Below are positions 1-9,182 of a stretch of DNA of 64,000 bases, piece after piece. The notes under the pieces are model-generated. The model saw only the letters and a program-made list of their open reading frames with translations. It was not told the DNA's origin and searched no databases. How positions within the stretch are numbered: position 1 is the stretch's first letter; each line of letters begins with the position of its first letter. This stretch comes from Chitinophagaceae bacterium (GTDB taxonomy: Bacteria > Bacteroidota > Bacteroidia > Chitinophagales > Chitinophagaceae). The stretch covers positions 50,548-114,547 of the forward strand of contig JBOFDP010000085.1 of NCBI GenBank assembly GCA_051647125.1. Reading direction: 5' to 3'. Both the position numbers and the translations under genes were made by a program.

Positions 1-681
1 TTGGATTCTACCCAATCCCACAACAGCATTCTCATTTTCAAATAATCCATATGTTGAAGTGTTATTTCTCAACATATCATTCAATCCACCCCATACACTA
101 TAAGAAGCAAACCCTGTATTTATATCATTGACAACACTACCATTAAACAACACTATATTTTGATTATTAGTATTACCTCGGGGCAAAAAACTAAAACTTC
201 CTAAATTAAATTGTGTTTGTTGTAAAAACAAATTCATTGTTGAGGTAAGTAATGAAGATACTGGTTGGCTAGCCCCACCACCATCCATATCATTTTCAGA
301 CATTTCTACTATCGGTATATCTATTATCCAGGCAGAGTTCTGGCTCTCTATTGTAATATTCCCCAAGTCATATTCTTTTTGTTCAGCATTAAGGTACAAG
401 ATAATTTGTTTGGGAGAGTAAGCTTCTTTCTGTATTTGAATTTCTATATATGGATTCTTATTCCATATAGTTGAAAAAGAAAAATTTCCATTAATATTAC
501 TAACTATAAACGTTGTATCTTCAAAAAGAACAACCTTTGCTCCCACAATAGGATCTCTAAAACTATTTACTATTTTGCCTTTAATAGTTACTGCATCATG
601 ACGATATATTGTTTTTATTTTTTCTTGACCATAAACAGAGAATGAAAATCCAAAAATAAATAATATATGTTTCATATTCAT
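1..681 (-). CDS. TonB-dependent outer-membrane receptor (SusC/RagA-like), N-terminal part; continues past the window start
   Basis: Absent from the ORF track because no stop lies in the window. Hand translation from ATG 681 (or 675): MNMKHILFIFGFSFSVYGQEKIKTIYRHDAVTIKGKIVNSFRDPIVGAKVVLFEDTTFIVSNINGNFSF. This reads as a signal peptide plus a carboxypeptidase-regulatory-like domain. It is followed by ..SSLLTST..FLPRGNTNNQNIVLFNGSVVND..SVWGGLNDMLRN, the plug-region pattern of Bacteroidota TonB receptors. Confidence 0.7.
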   Translation of the reverse strand, partial: MNMKHILFIFGFSFSVYGQEKIKTIYRHDAVTIKGKIVNSFRDPIVGAKVVLFEDTTFIVSNINGNFSFSTIWNKNPYIEIQIQKEAYSPKQIILYLNAEQKEYDLGNITIESQNSAWIIDIPIVEMSENDMDGGGASQPVSSLLTSTMNLFLQQTQFNLGSFSFLPRGNTNNQNIVLFNGSVVNDINTGFASYSVWGGLNDMLRNNTSTYGLFENENAVVGLGRIQ

Positions 682-693
682 AACTTCACACTA

Positions 694-701
694 CAAAAGT
701 A
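694..701 (-). promoter_or_regulatory. Candidate sigma-A -7 box (TAnnTTTG) for the TonB receptor gene
   Basis: TACTTTTG on the minus strand, 12 nt before ATG 681. Confidence 0.4.
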
Positions 702-1090
702 AATCAAGTTTATATAAGAAAGAATTTCTTGAGTTACAAAATAATTAATTTTTGATGTTTTGTCTATTAATAAGTTATAGTTAAAAATTTAACAAAAACA
801 CTTTAAAATCAAAAATCAAGGGATTCCACCCTATTTGTAATAAATACTACACATTTTTGTAAATCCTACAGATAGAGAATATAACGCTGAAGAGGTTTTG
901 GATACAAATCTATATGTTTGTAATAATTCCAATGTCATTTATGAATACACAAAAATAGAATCCAAGATTTTAAAAGGTGGAAAATATCCGATAGTAAAAT
1001 GCATTTTTTTACAGTAACTTGTAAATACAAGAAGGTACAATAAGGTGTCTCTAAAGAATAATCTTTAGTTATTCTTCTTTTAAATTATTG

Positions 1091-1098
1091 TAACTTTG
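1091..1098 (+). promoter_or_regulatory. Candidate -7 box (TAnnTTTG) for uvrA
   Basis: TAACTTTG, 9 nt before ATG 1108. This implies a very short leader. Confidence 0.4.
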
Positions 1099-1107
1099 TG
1101 CTTCTTT

Positions 1108-3864
1108 ATGGGAATAGAAAATATCCATATTCATGGTGCAAGAGAGAATAATCTAAAGAATATTAATGTAGATTTTCCTCAACAACAACTTATTATTGTT
1201 ACAGGTCTTTCTGGTTCAGGAAAATCCTCCTTGGCTATGGATGTACTTTTTGCTGAAGGGCAACGTCGCTATGCTGAAAGTCTTTCCTCTTATGCTAGGC
1301 AATTTCTTATACGTGCGAAAAAACCCGATGTAGATTATATTACGGGTATTGCTCCGGCTATTGCGATAAATCAAAAAGTGGTCAACAGAACACCTCGTTC
1401 TACCGTAGGGAGCATTACAGAAATTTATGATTATTTACGTATTTTATTTGCTCGTATAGGGAAAATTTATTCTCCAATTTCTGGCATAGAAGTAACAAGG
1501 CAAGATACTGATTTTGTATTAAATTTTATTCTTCAATCTTCATTAAATTGCAAAATATATATTTTATTTCCTTTCCCAAACACAAAAGATAAAAATGAGA
1601 TTACTAAAGATTGCCAAATTCTTCTTCAAAAAGGATTTACTCGGTTATGGATTAATAATGAAGTTACAAACATAGAAGATATTAGAAAAAAATCTATAGA
1701 TACTCAAAAAGCATTTGTTTTAGTAGACCGATTAATTATCTACAACAAAGAGGATGAAGATACCTTACATCGGTTAACAGATTCCTTGAATACTGCGTTT
1801 TTTGAGGGGCATAATGAGATGACGCTACAAATAAATAATAACATATATTCATTTACCAATAGCTTACAAGCTGATGGTATAAACTTTGAAACTCCTTCTC
1901 CTAATCTTTTTTCATATAACAACTCTTTAGGGTCTTGTGCCACCTGTGAAGGGTTAGGATTTAGTTTGGGTATTGATGAGCATTTAGTTATCCCTAATAA
2001 AAATATCAGCCTTTATGATGGGGCTGTTGTTCCTTGGAAAGGAGCAATTATGGGTTGGTGGAAAGAACAGTTTATAACTAATGCCCGTCAATTTAATTTT
2101 CCTATTCACAAACCTATCACCGAACTTACAGAAGAACAATACAAAACACTCTGGAAAGGTAATAAGTATGCACAGGGCATTGATGCATTTTTTGAAGACA
2201 TACAACGTCATCTATATAAAATGCACTACCGCATACTATATGCTAGATACAGAGGAAAAACAATCTGCCCTACTTGTAAAGGATCTCGCCTATGTAAAGA
2301 GTCTTTATATATAAAAATTAAAGGGAAAAATATATACGAACTTTGTACTATGCCTATAGAAGCTCTTTGGCAATGGCACAAAACACAATCTTGGGATACA
2401 CATGAAAAAAATATTGCAAAAAGACTTTTTATAGAAATAGAACAACGACTAAAAACTATTATAGACGTTGGAATGCCTTATCTTACATTAAATAGAGCTG
2501 CCAATACCTTAAGTGGGGGCGAAAGCCAACGACTGCAACTAGCAAAATTCTTAGGAAGTAATCTTACTCAATCTCTCTATATTTTAGATGAACCTTCTAT
2601 AGGACTCCATCCTCGAGATACTCATCATCTTATCAATATACTAAAAAAATTACGCGACTTAGGAAATACGGTTATTGTTGTAGAACATGATGAACAAATT
2701 ATAAAAGAAGCAGATTATATTATAGATATGGGTCCTTTAGCTGGTAAAAAAGGTGGGGAAGTAGTATTTGCAGGAACTCCTAAAAATTTATCACAAACAA
2801 AAACACTGACCTCTGAATACCTCAGTAAGAAAAAAAATATAGGTAACCATAAGCATCATCTCCCAAGTTATACAAAACTTATCAAAATAAAAGGTGCTGT
2901 ACATAACAATCTAAAAAATATAGATATTTCTTTTCCTCTATATGCTATGACCGTAGTTTGTGGAGTAAGTGGTAGTGGAAAATCTTCTTTAGTAAAACAT
3001 ATTTTATACCCCGCCCTGGTGAAGGCTAAAAAATTATCCCTCCCTATTACCAATAATCTTGGACAATATAAAACTTTAGTAGGTAATTTAGATGAAGTAA
3101 AACACATTGAATGGATTGATCAAAATACAATAGGACGTACTTCTCGTAGCAATCCGATTTCTTATATGAAAGCCTACGACGATATTCGACAACTTTTTTC
3201 AAATCAATACCAAAGCAAATTAAGAGGATTTCTTCCCAAACATTTTTCTTTCAATGTAGAAGGAGGAAGATGTGAAAAATGTAAGGGAGAAGGGGAAGAA
3301 GTTGTTGAAATGCAGTTTCTGGCAGATGTACGACTTGAATGTGAAGTATGTCATGGCAAAAGGTTTAAAGATGAAGTACTGGAAGTAACCTACAATAAAA
3401 AAAATATTTATGATGTTCTCAATATGACCGTCGATGAGGCCATAGATTTTTTTAACAATGAAAAACATTTTATACACAAAATAAAGGCTTTACAAAAAGT
3501 AGGATTAGGATATGTTGCTCTTGGGCAAAGCCTTTCCTCTATGAGTGGAGGAGAATTACAACGTACCAAGCTAGCCACTTTTCTGGTAGATAAAGATAAC
3601 CCTCCACATACCATATTTATCTTTGACGAACCCACTACAGGACTTCATTTTGATGATGTCAATAAGCTATACCATGCTTTTTCTCAACTCATAGAAAAAG
3701 GAAATACCATCATTATTGTAGAACATCATTTAGATCTTATAAGACATGCTGATTGGATTATAGAGCTAGGACCTGAATCTGGAGAAAAAGGAGGTTATTT
3801 ACTCTACTGTGGACATCAAAAAGAATATTTAAAACAAAACACCCCTACTACCAAATTTTTATAA
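1108..3864 (+). CDS. uvrA: Excinuclease ABC subunit A (UvrA family)
   Basis: Two ABC modules with Walker A GLSGSGKSSLA and GVSGSGKSSLV and signatures LSGGESQRL and MSGGELQRT. CxxC pairs are CATCEG, CPTCKG, CEKCKG and CEVCHG. The track start 1096 is TTG; ATG 1108 (MGIENIHIHGARENNLKNI) is more likely. Confidence 0.9.
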   Translation: MGIENIHIHGARENNLKNINVDFPQQQLIIVTGLSGSGKSSLAMDVLFAEGQRRYAESLSSYARQFLIRAKKPDVDYITGIAPAIAINQKVVNRTPRSTVGSITEIYDYLRILFARIGKIYSPISGIEVTRQDTDFVLNFILQSSLNCKIYILFPFPNTKDKNEITKDCQILLQKGFTRLWINNEVTNIEDIRKKSIDTQKAFVLVDRLIIYNKEDEDTLHRLTDSLNTAFFEGHNEMTLQINNNIYSFTNSLQADGINFETPSPNLFSYNNSLGSCATCEGLGFSLGIDEHLVIPNKNISLYDGAVVPWKGAIMGWWKEQFITNARQFNFPIHKPITELTEEQYKTLWKGNKYAQGIDAFFEDIQRHLYKMHYRILYARYRGKTICPTCKGSRLCKESLYIKIKGKNIYELCTMPIEALWQWHKTQSWDTHEKNIAKRLFIEIEQRLKTIIDVGMPYLTLNRAANTLSGGESQRLQLAKFLGSNLTQSLYILDEPSIGLHPRDTHHLINILKKLRDLGNTVIVVEHDEQIIKEADYIIDMGPLAGKKGGEVVFAGTPKNLSQTKTLTSEYLSKKKNIGNHKHHLPSYTKLIKIKGAVHNNLKNIDISFPLYAMTVVCGVSGSGKSSLVKHILYPALVKAKKLSLPITNNLGQYKTLVGNLDEVKHIEWIDQNTIGRTSRSNPISYMKAYDDIRQLFSNQYQSKLRGFLPKHFSFNVEGGRCEKCKGEGEEVVEMQFLADVRLECEVCHGKRFKDEVLEVTYNKKNIYDVLNMTVDEAIDFFNNEKHFIHKIKALQKVGLGYVALGQSLSSMSGGELQRTKLATFLVDKDNPPHTIFIFDEPTTGLHFDDVNKLYHAFSQLIEKGNTIIIVEHHLDLIRHADWIIELGPESGEKGGYLLYCGHQKEYLKQNTPTTKFL

Positions 3865-3918
3865 AATAAAGGTTTTTCATAATTTTAAAAAATTTCAATC
3901 TATTTAACAAAATACTAT

Positions 3919-3926
3919 TAATTTTG
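3919..3926 (+). promoter_or_regulatory. Candidate -7 box for tRNA-Met
   Basis: TAATTTTG, 16 nt before the tRNA 5' end. Confidence 0.45.
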
Positions 3927-3942
3927 TGGATCGTTAATGTTG

Positions 3943-4016
3943 GGCGAGGTAGCTCAGGTGGTTAGAGCGCAGGATTCATAACCCTGAGGTGGCGGGTTCA
4001 ATTCCCGCCCTCGCTA
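3943..4016 (+). tRNA. tRNA with CAU anticodon (Met; a lysidine-modified Ile2 cannot be excluded)
   Basis: Cloverleaf folded by hand: D stem GCTC/GAGC, anticodon loop TTCATAA, T arm GCGGG-TTCAATT-CCCGC. My fold gives G1-U72 and A31-C39 non-Watson-Crick pairs. No encoded CCA. Confidence 0.85.
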
Positions 4017-4064
4017 CTTATTATTTTAATTATCTAACTTTCAAAATATTAAACCCAAAAATTT

Positions 4065-4811
4065 ATGTTACTAGAAAAAAAAGTTGCTCTTATTACAGGT
4101 GCAAGTCGAGGTATAGGAGAAGCTATTGCTCTTAAATTTGCTCAGGAAGGTGCCAATATTGCATTTACCTATGCTACCAATGATAAAAAAGCTAAAATAT
4201 TGGAATATAAACTTACTACTCTTGGCATAAAAGCTAAAGCATATAAAAGCAATGCAGGGGATTTTTCTGCTTGTGAATTAGTTATAAGTGAGATTCTAAA
4301 AGAATTTGGAAATATAAATATTTTAGTAAATAATGCAGGTATTTCAAAAGACAATCTTTTATTACGTATAACGCCAGAGCAATGGGACGAAGTAATGAAT
4401 ATCAATTTAAAAAGCGTATTCAATATAACCAAGCAAGTACTTCGTCCAATGATGAAAACAGGAGGTAGTATTATTAACATGAGTTCTATTGTTGGCCAAA
4501 AAGGTAATGCCGGACAAGCAAGCTATGCCGCTTCCAAAGCAGGTATTATTGGTTTTACCAAAACAGTAGCACTAGAACTAGGTAGTAGAAATATTCGTTG
4601 CAATGCTATTGCTCCAGGATTTATAGAAACCGATATGACACAGTATCTTAAAGATAATCCAAAAGCTTCGGAAGAATATAATAAAAAAATACCTCTAGGA
4701 AGATTTGGGAGAACGGAAGACATTGCTGAAGCCACTCTATTTTTAGCTTCTGACAAAAGCGCTTATATCACTGGTCAAGTACTTAGTGTTTGTGGTGGAT
4801 TAAATATATAG
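4065..4811 (+). CDS. fabG: 3-oxoacyl-ACP reductase (short-chain dehydrogenase)
   Basis: TGASRGIG cofactor motif, NNAG, catalytic SYAASK. The length and pattern are typical of FabG. Confidence 0.85.
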   Translation: MLLEKKVALITGASRGIGEAIALKFAQEGANIAFTYATNDKKAKILEYKLTTLGIKAKAYKSNAGDFSACELVISEILKEFGNINILVNNAGISKDNLLLRITPEQWDEVMNINLKSVFNITKQVLRPMMKTGGSIINMSSIVGQKGNAGQASYAASKAGIIGFTKTVALELGSRNIRCNAIAPGFIETDMTQYLKDNPKASEEYNKKIPLGRFGRTEDIAEATLFLASDKSAYITGQVLSVCGGLNI

Positions 4812-4828
4812 TCTATAAAAAAAATTTG

Positions 4829-4836
4829 TAACTTTG
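4829..4836 (+). promoter_or_regulatory. Candidate -7 box for the lipoprotein-gldA unit
   Basis: TAACTTTG preceded by TTTG, 27 nt before ATG 4864. Confidence 0.45.
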
Positions 4837-4863
4837 TATAAACCATTAAATATTAAATTCATT

Positions 4864-5571
4864 ATGTTAAAATTAAAAACTTTTCTTGGAATTTTCATTT
4901 TGGGAATTTTCATTTTGGGTGGTTGTAAAAAAAAAGATAATAAGCCCATTGCTATTTTTAGCAGTTGGGGTGTTGCTTTAAATGATGATTCTCCTAGTTT
5001 TATACTGGATTGGAATTTTCCAAAGAAAATTATTATTAATAATATCAACAATATTGGCAATATTAGTCAAATTCCCGACAGCACACGTTGTTTTATGTAT
5101 TATTCTTTTGTAACGCCTTCTACAGATAGTTCATTAATTAATGTGAATACTATCACTACTATCCTTACTAAAAAACTACAAGAATATAATGCCTCCATAC
5201 CTGTTTCTGATACTTTTGGTAAAAATCCGTTATATATTGATAATCCTTTTGTATCACAAAACTTCCTTACTATTCCTTTTGCTTATTATTATTCTGACCC
5301 TAATATTAAACACATGATTTCTTTGGTATACAATGCCGATAATACTCTATGGGATAACGATACGATGTGTGTAGAATTTAAACATAATGCTAAGGGTGAT
5401 GAAGGAAACTATCGTTCGGGAACTACTTATATAGCCTTTAATCTAAATTCTCAACGCCCCCCTATAGGTATTAGAAAAGATAGTTTTTTTATCAAAATGT
5501 CTTATACTACAGCTTCTCTTAGTATAGGATCAGAATCTAAAACTATTGTAATACCTGCCAAATGGCAATAA
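4864..5571 (+). CDS. Hypothetical lipoprotein
   Basis: MLKLKTFLGIFILGIFILGGCKKK is a signal peptide with a lipobox Cys. The track start 4834 is TTG; ATG 4864 is preferred. I recognise no family. Confidence 0.6.
   Translation: MLKLKTFLGIFILGIFILGGCKKKDNKPIAIFSSWGVALNDDSPSFILDWNFPKKIIINNINNIGNISQIPDSTRCFMYYSFVTPSTDSSLINVNTITTILTKKLQEYNASIPVSDTFGKNPLYIDNPFVSQNFLTIPFAYYYSDPNIKHMISLVYNADNTLWDNDTMCVEFKHNAKGDEGNYRSGTTYIAFNLNSQRPPIGIRKDSFFIKMSYTTASLSIGSESKTIVIPAKWQ
4888..4917 (+). repeat. Perfect 15-bp tandem duplication inside the lipoprotein signal peptide
   Basis: GGAATTTTCATTTTG occurs twice back to back (4888-4902 and 4903-4917) and encodes GIFIL-GIFIL. Confidence 0.9.
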
Positions 5572-5586
5572 GAAGAATAGATTTTT

Positions 5587-6483
5587 ATGTCCATTGTAGT
5601 ACATGATATTTCAAAATATTTTGAACAACAGATAGCTGTAAATCATATATCTTTTACTATCAATAAAAATGAAATTGTAGGTTTTCTTGGACCTAACGGT
5701 GCGGGCAAAAGTAGCACTATGAAAATGATTACAGGATTTTGGCAACCTTGCACAGGAAGTATTGATGTATGTAATATTAGTACTCAAAAAAACTCTATTC
5801 TTGTTAAAAAAAAAATAGGATACTTGCCAGAACATAATCCTTTATATTTAGATATGTTTGTAAAAGAATATTTATTTTTTATAGCTACAAGTTATGCTAT
5901 AAGTCATCCTATAGATGCAGTAAATAATATTGTAAAACAAACTGGCTTACAAATAGAAAAACATAAAAAAATAGGACAACTTTCCAAAGGTTATCGACAA
6001 CGTGTTGGCTTAGCAGCTGCTCTTATTCATAATCCGGAGGTACTTATTTTGGATGAACCTACTTCTGGTTTAGATCCTAATCAAATTATCGAAATAAGAC
6101 AGTTAATAAAACATATTGCACAAAACAAAACTGTACTTTTTTCTACTCATATCATGCAAGAAGTAGAATCTCTTTGTGAACGGGTAATTATCATTAATCA
6201 AGGAAAAATAGTAGCCAATGAGAATCTTCATCATCTAAAAAATTCTTTTAAAAATACTCATACCCTTACTCTATCTTCCAAAAAAGAAATAGACCTTTAT
6301 TCTTTACAAAAAGATTTTCCTTCTGAAAAAATTATAGCTATAGATAAATATACAATTGATATTAGAACTTCTAATTCTGAAAAATTAGTTCAATGGTTTA
6401 TTAAAAATGATTATCCCATACAATCTTTACAACAAAAAAGCAGTGGAATAGAAGAAATTTTTAAAACCCTTACCTCTGTTTAA
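5587..6483 (+). CDS. gldA: ABC transporter ATP-binding protein, GldA-like (gliding-associated)
   Basis: Walker A GPNGAGKSS, signature LSKGYRQR, Walker B LILDEP. The N-terminus MSIVVHDISKYF..IVGFLGPNGAGKS..IGYLPEHNPLYLDMFVKEYL closely follows the GldA pattern I remember from Flavobacterium. Confidence 0.65.
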   Translation: MSIVVHDISKYFEQQIAVNHISFTINKNEIVGFLGPNGAGKSSTMKMITGFWQPCTGSIDVCNISTQKNSILVKKKIGYLPEHNPLYLDMFVKEYLFFIATSYAISHPIDAVNNIVKQTGLQIEKHKKIGQLSKGYRQRVGLAAALIHNPEVLILDEPTSGLDPNQIIEIRQLIKHIAQNKTVLFSTHIMQEVESLCERVIIINQGKIVANENLHHLKNSFKNTHTLTLSSKKEIDLYSLQKDFPSEKIIAIDKYTIDIRTSNSEKLVQWFIKNDYPIQSLQQKSSGIEEIFKTLTSV

Positions 6484-6597
6484 CAACATTTTGCACAAAC
6501 CTACTTATTGAAATACAATTTATGTAATTAACCTGTTTATTTGAGAATGATTATATTTTTTTGTAAAAAATAAAACTTAATATTTCTTAATTCTTAC

Positions 6598-6605
6598 TAC
6601 TTTTG
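6598..6605 (+). promoter_or_regulatory. Candidate -7 box
   Basis: TACTTTTG, 15 nt before ATG 6621. Confidence 0.45.
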
Positions 6606-6620
6606 TAGAAAAAAATAACT

Positions 6621-6941
6621 ATGTCAAACGAAAAAAATAAAGAAGTAAATAATCAGATTAATATAGAAATTAATGAAGAAATAGCAGAAGGTATTTATTC
6701 CAATTTAGCCATGATTACACATTCTTCAGCAGAATTTATTTTTGATTTTATTAATGTTATGCCCGCAATGCCAAAAAGCAAAGTTAAAGCTAGAATTATT
6801 ACAACGCCTCAACATGCTAAAAAGTTTATGATGGCTCTTGCTGATAATATCAATAAGTACGAAGAAACTCATGGAACAATAAAAGAAGATGCTATACCTG
6901 ATGTGGCTCTATCTATTGTATCTCCTACTTTAGAAGCTTAA
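6621..6941 (+). CDS. Small conserved protein, DUF3467-like
   Basis: The pattern EIAEGIYSNLAMITHSSAEFIFDF..ARIITTPQHAKKF recalls the DUF3467 family. Assigned from memory only. Confidence 0.5.
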   Translation: MSNEKNKEVNNQINIEINEEIAEGIYSNLAMITHSSAEFIFDFINVMPAMPKSKVKARIITTPQHAKKFMMALADNINKYEETHGTIKEDAIPDVALSIVSPTLEA

Positions 6942-6974
6942 AATAAATTTTAAGGAAAACTCTCCTTTAAGTTA

Positions 6975-7021
6975 AAAAAATATATGAAAAAAGAATGTAT
7001 ACCTAATTGACATACATTCTT
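6975..7021 (-). terminator. Rho-independent terminator after mdh
   Basis: 10-bp stem AAGAATGTAT (6991-7000) / ATACATTCTT (7012-7021). On the minus strand it is followed by TTTTCATATATTTTTTT. Confidence 0.6.
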
Positions 7022-7052
7022 TATAAATACAATTTTCTTTAATTCTTGTTTC

Positions 7053-8057
7053 TTATAAATTACTATTTAAGGTCTGCCATTTGTCAATAGAAGGTATTAC
7101 TCCGATACCAATTACTTCATCTCTCATAGTACATAAATGCTGATAGCTTTTTTCTAAGCTTGCCATTTCTTCAGAATTACCTTTAGGTTCTTTATAAGAA
7201 ACGCCATTTTTATCTACTACAGTTTCCATTGCCATTAGAATATGTTTAAATTTATCATTGCAAACATATGTACCAACGGGCAAGGTAAATGGTATTGCTC
7301 CCATAGCTGCGGCTACCATTTCTATAGATACATAAGATGGACTTTGAAAAGAAGTTCGCCCTCTAAGGTCTAAAATATTTTTGCCACCTTGTATTGTTTT
7401 ATGCTTAATTTTTTCCCATTCCTCCAAACTTAAACTTGGCGTACCTATCAATGAGTTTAAGGGTTTTCCCTCTACAAGAGCTAAGGATGAAAAAACAGCC
7501 ATTTGTTCTCCATGTCCTCCATAAGTACGAGAATTAGTAACTTTATCTTGAGGAATATGAAAATGTAAAGCCAAAGCTGATTGCAAACGAGTACTATCCA
7601 AAGCTGCTAATGTACTGACACAACAAGGTTTTAGACCCGAATGAATTAAGAAAATCAACCCCGTAATATCGGCAGGATTAAAAACAATAACTGCTTGTTT
7701 CAAATTAGGACAATAGCTTTTAACATCCTTACCCAACTGAGCAGCAATTTCAGCATTACCTTTCAAAAGATCTTCACGAGTCATACCCGCTTTACGAGCA
7801 GCACCACCAGAAGATACCAAGAAAGAGGCTCCTGTTAAAGCTTCTTTTATGTCTGTTGTCCAAGTAAGGTTTACACCTTTAAAACCACAGTGAAACATTT
7901 CTTCAGCAACTCCTTCTAATGCTTGACCAAAGGGATCATAAGCACAAATATTAGGCGTAAGTCCCATCATAATAGCAGTTTGCACCATATTGGAGCCAAT
8001 CATACCTCCAGCTCCAATAATAGTTAATTTTTCTTGTGTTAAAAATTTCATATGCAT
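7053..8057 (-). CDS. mdh: Malate dehydrogenase (LDH/MDH superfamily)
   Basis: Rossmann motif IIGAGGMIGSN. The substrate loop GGAARKAGMTREDL carries Arg (malate-type). The start may be 8051 (MKF). Confidence 0.75.
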   Translation of the reverse strand: MHMKFLTQEKLTIIGAGGMIGSNMVQTAIMMGLTPNICAYDPFGQALEGVAEEMFHCGFKGVNLTWTTDIKEALTGASFLVSSGGAARKAGMTREDLLKGNAEIAAQLGKDVKSYCPNLKQAVIVFNPADITGLIFLIHSGLKPCCVSTLAALDSTRLQSALALHFHIPQDKVTNSRTYGGHGEQMAVFSSLALVEGKPLNSLIGTPSLSLEEWEKIKHKTIQGGKNILDLRGRTSFQSPSYVSIEMVAAAMGAIPFTLPVGTYVCNDKFKHILMAMETVVDKNGVSYKEPKGNSEEMASLEKSYQHLCTMRDEVIGIGVIPSIDKWQTLNSNL

Positions 8058-8093
8058 TTTTTTTAATAATTAAAATATTTAATACTATCCCTA

Positions 8094-8101
8094 CAAAATT
8101 A
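8094..8101 (-). promoter_or_regulatory. Candidate -7 box for mdh
   Basis: TAATTTTG on the minus strand, 36 nt before ATG 8057. Confidence 0.45.
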
Positions 8102-8120
8102 ATGAAAAAAAAGAAAATTA

Positions 8121-8160
8121 TTAAAACAAAAAAGTTAGTGTATTTTCCTATTACACTAAC
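8121..8160 (-). terminator. Rho-independent terminator after the 8189-9073 gene
   Basis: 9-bp stem GTTAGTGTA (8134-8142) / TACACTAAC (8152-8160). On the minus strand it is followed by TTTTTTGTTTT. Confidence 0.7.
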
Positions 8161-8188
8161 TTCTAATGAAATAACTATTAATATCTTT

Positions 8189-9073
8189 TTAGTTTGCTTT
8201 AATAACTATCACTCTACTATTAGGCAAATCGGGTATGTATAGATAATTGTCTTTTAAAGTAATATCAGCAGGACCAATAAGTGGATTTTTAAGATTAATA
8301 GGAAAATATTGTAGCTTTTTAGTATTCATATCTATACTCCCTATTCTCCCTTTTACCCAATCGCTAAAATATAATGTTTTATGATTTTTACTAATTGCTA
8401 AACCGTCATACTGACCAGATTGATGGATAAAATGAATAGGCTTAGGATTTTTTATATTCGGAATAACATAAATTACATTCTCGGATGTGGGTGTACCTAT
8501 TGGGTTATAAGAAGCTACATACATTTTATCATCAACCAACAAAATACCATTAGCACCTGGTATATTCGTATATAAGACTGGAGTAATAGAAGATAGTGTT
8601 TCTATCTTTGAAACATCTATTGTGTACACATTGCCCGTATTCGTTACCGTAGCATATAAAGTATTACCTTTTAAAGATAAATCATTCACAAATACATCCT
8701 CTTTAGGAAAAACTATTTTTTGTGGCTTTTCTTTCAAATTAGTAAGATTATATACCACTATAATATTTACATCTGCAATAAATAAATAATTAGCTTTTAA
8801 GGCCATCCCTTTAGGAGCATTCAAATTTCCATCAGCAGGGATTAATATGGAAGTTTTACCCTCTTTATATTGTGTAATATACCCCTTGCCCTCTTTATTC
8901 AGCGGATTAAGAGGCGTACTTCCAAAATTAGCAACATATAAATCATTAGCATTCCAAAAAGTACTTTCACAATACTTTAAATCATGCTCCAATACACGTA
9001 CATTTTCTGATTGTGCTTGAACAATAAATGTAGATATTAAAAAAAATAGCGCAGTTAATAATTGTCCTGACAT
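8189..9073 (-). CDS. Secreted beta-propeller-like protein (SMP-30/gluconolactonase/NHL-like), function unknown
   Basis: Signal peptide MSGQLLTALFFLISTFIVQAQS. Short repeated blade-like segments (..LYVA.., ..LFIADV.., ..LYATV.., ..MYVASY.., ..LYFSDW.., ..LYIPD). Confidence 0.45.
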   Translation of the reverse strand: MSGQLLTALFFLISTFIVQAQSENVRVLEHDLKYCESTFWNANDLYVANFGSTPLNPLNKEGKGYITQYKEGKTSILIPADGNLNAPKGMALKANYLFIADVNIIVVYNLTNLKEKPQKIVFPKEDVFVNDLSLKGNTLYATVTNTGNVYTIDVSKIETLSSITPVLYTNIPGANGILLVDDKMYVASYNPIGTPTSENVIYVIPNIKNPKPIHFIHQSGQYDGLAISKNHKTLYFSDWVKGRIGSIDMNTKKLQYFPINLKNPLIGPADITLKDNYLYIPDLPNSRVIVIKAN

Positions 9074-9098
9074 AACAAAATTTTTATCAATTAAAGTA

Positions 9099-9106
9099 CA
9101 AAGATA
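9099..9106 (-). promoter_or_regulatory. Candidate -7 box
   Basis: TATCTTTG on the minus strand, 25 nt before ATG 9073. Confidence 0.45.
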
Positions 9107-9182
9107 CTTTTTTATTTAAAAACGATTATAAAAATAATTTATTATTTTTTATATCATACACAAAAACTTAGTTTTTTCGTTT

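Noticed and set aside
682-1090. Possible riboswitch (cobalamin or TPP) in the 400-bp region upstream of the TonB-dependent receptor.
   Set aside because: I could find no B12-box, TPP (CUGAGA) or other conserved riboswitch core on the minus strand. There is only a promoter-like box at 694-701 and an AT-rich hairpin near 1055-1080.
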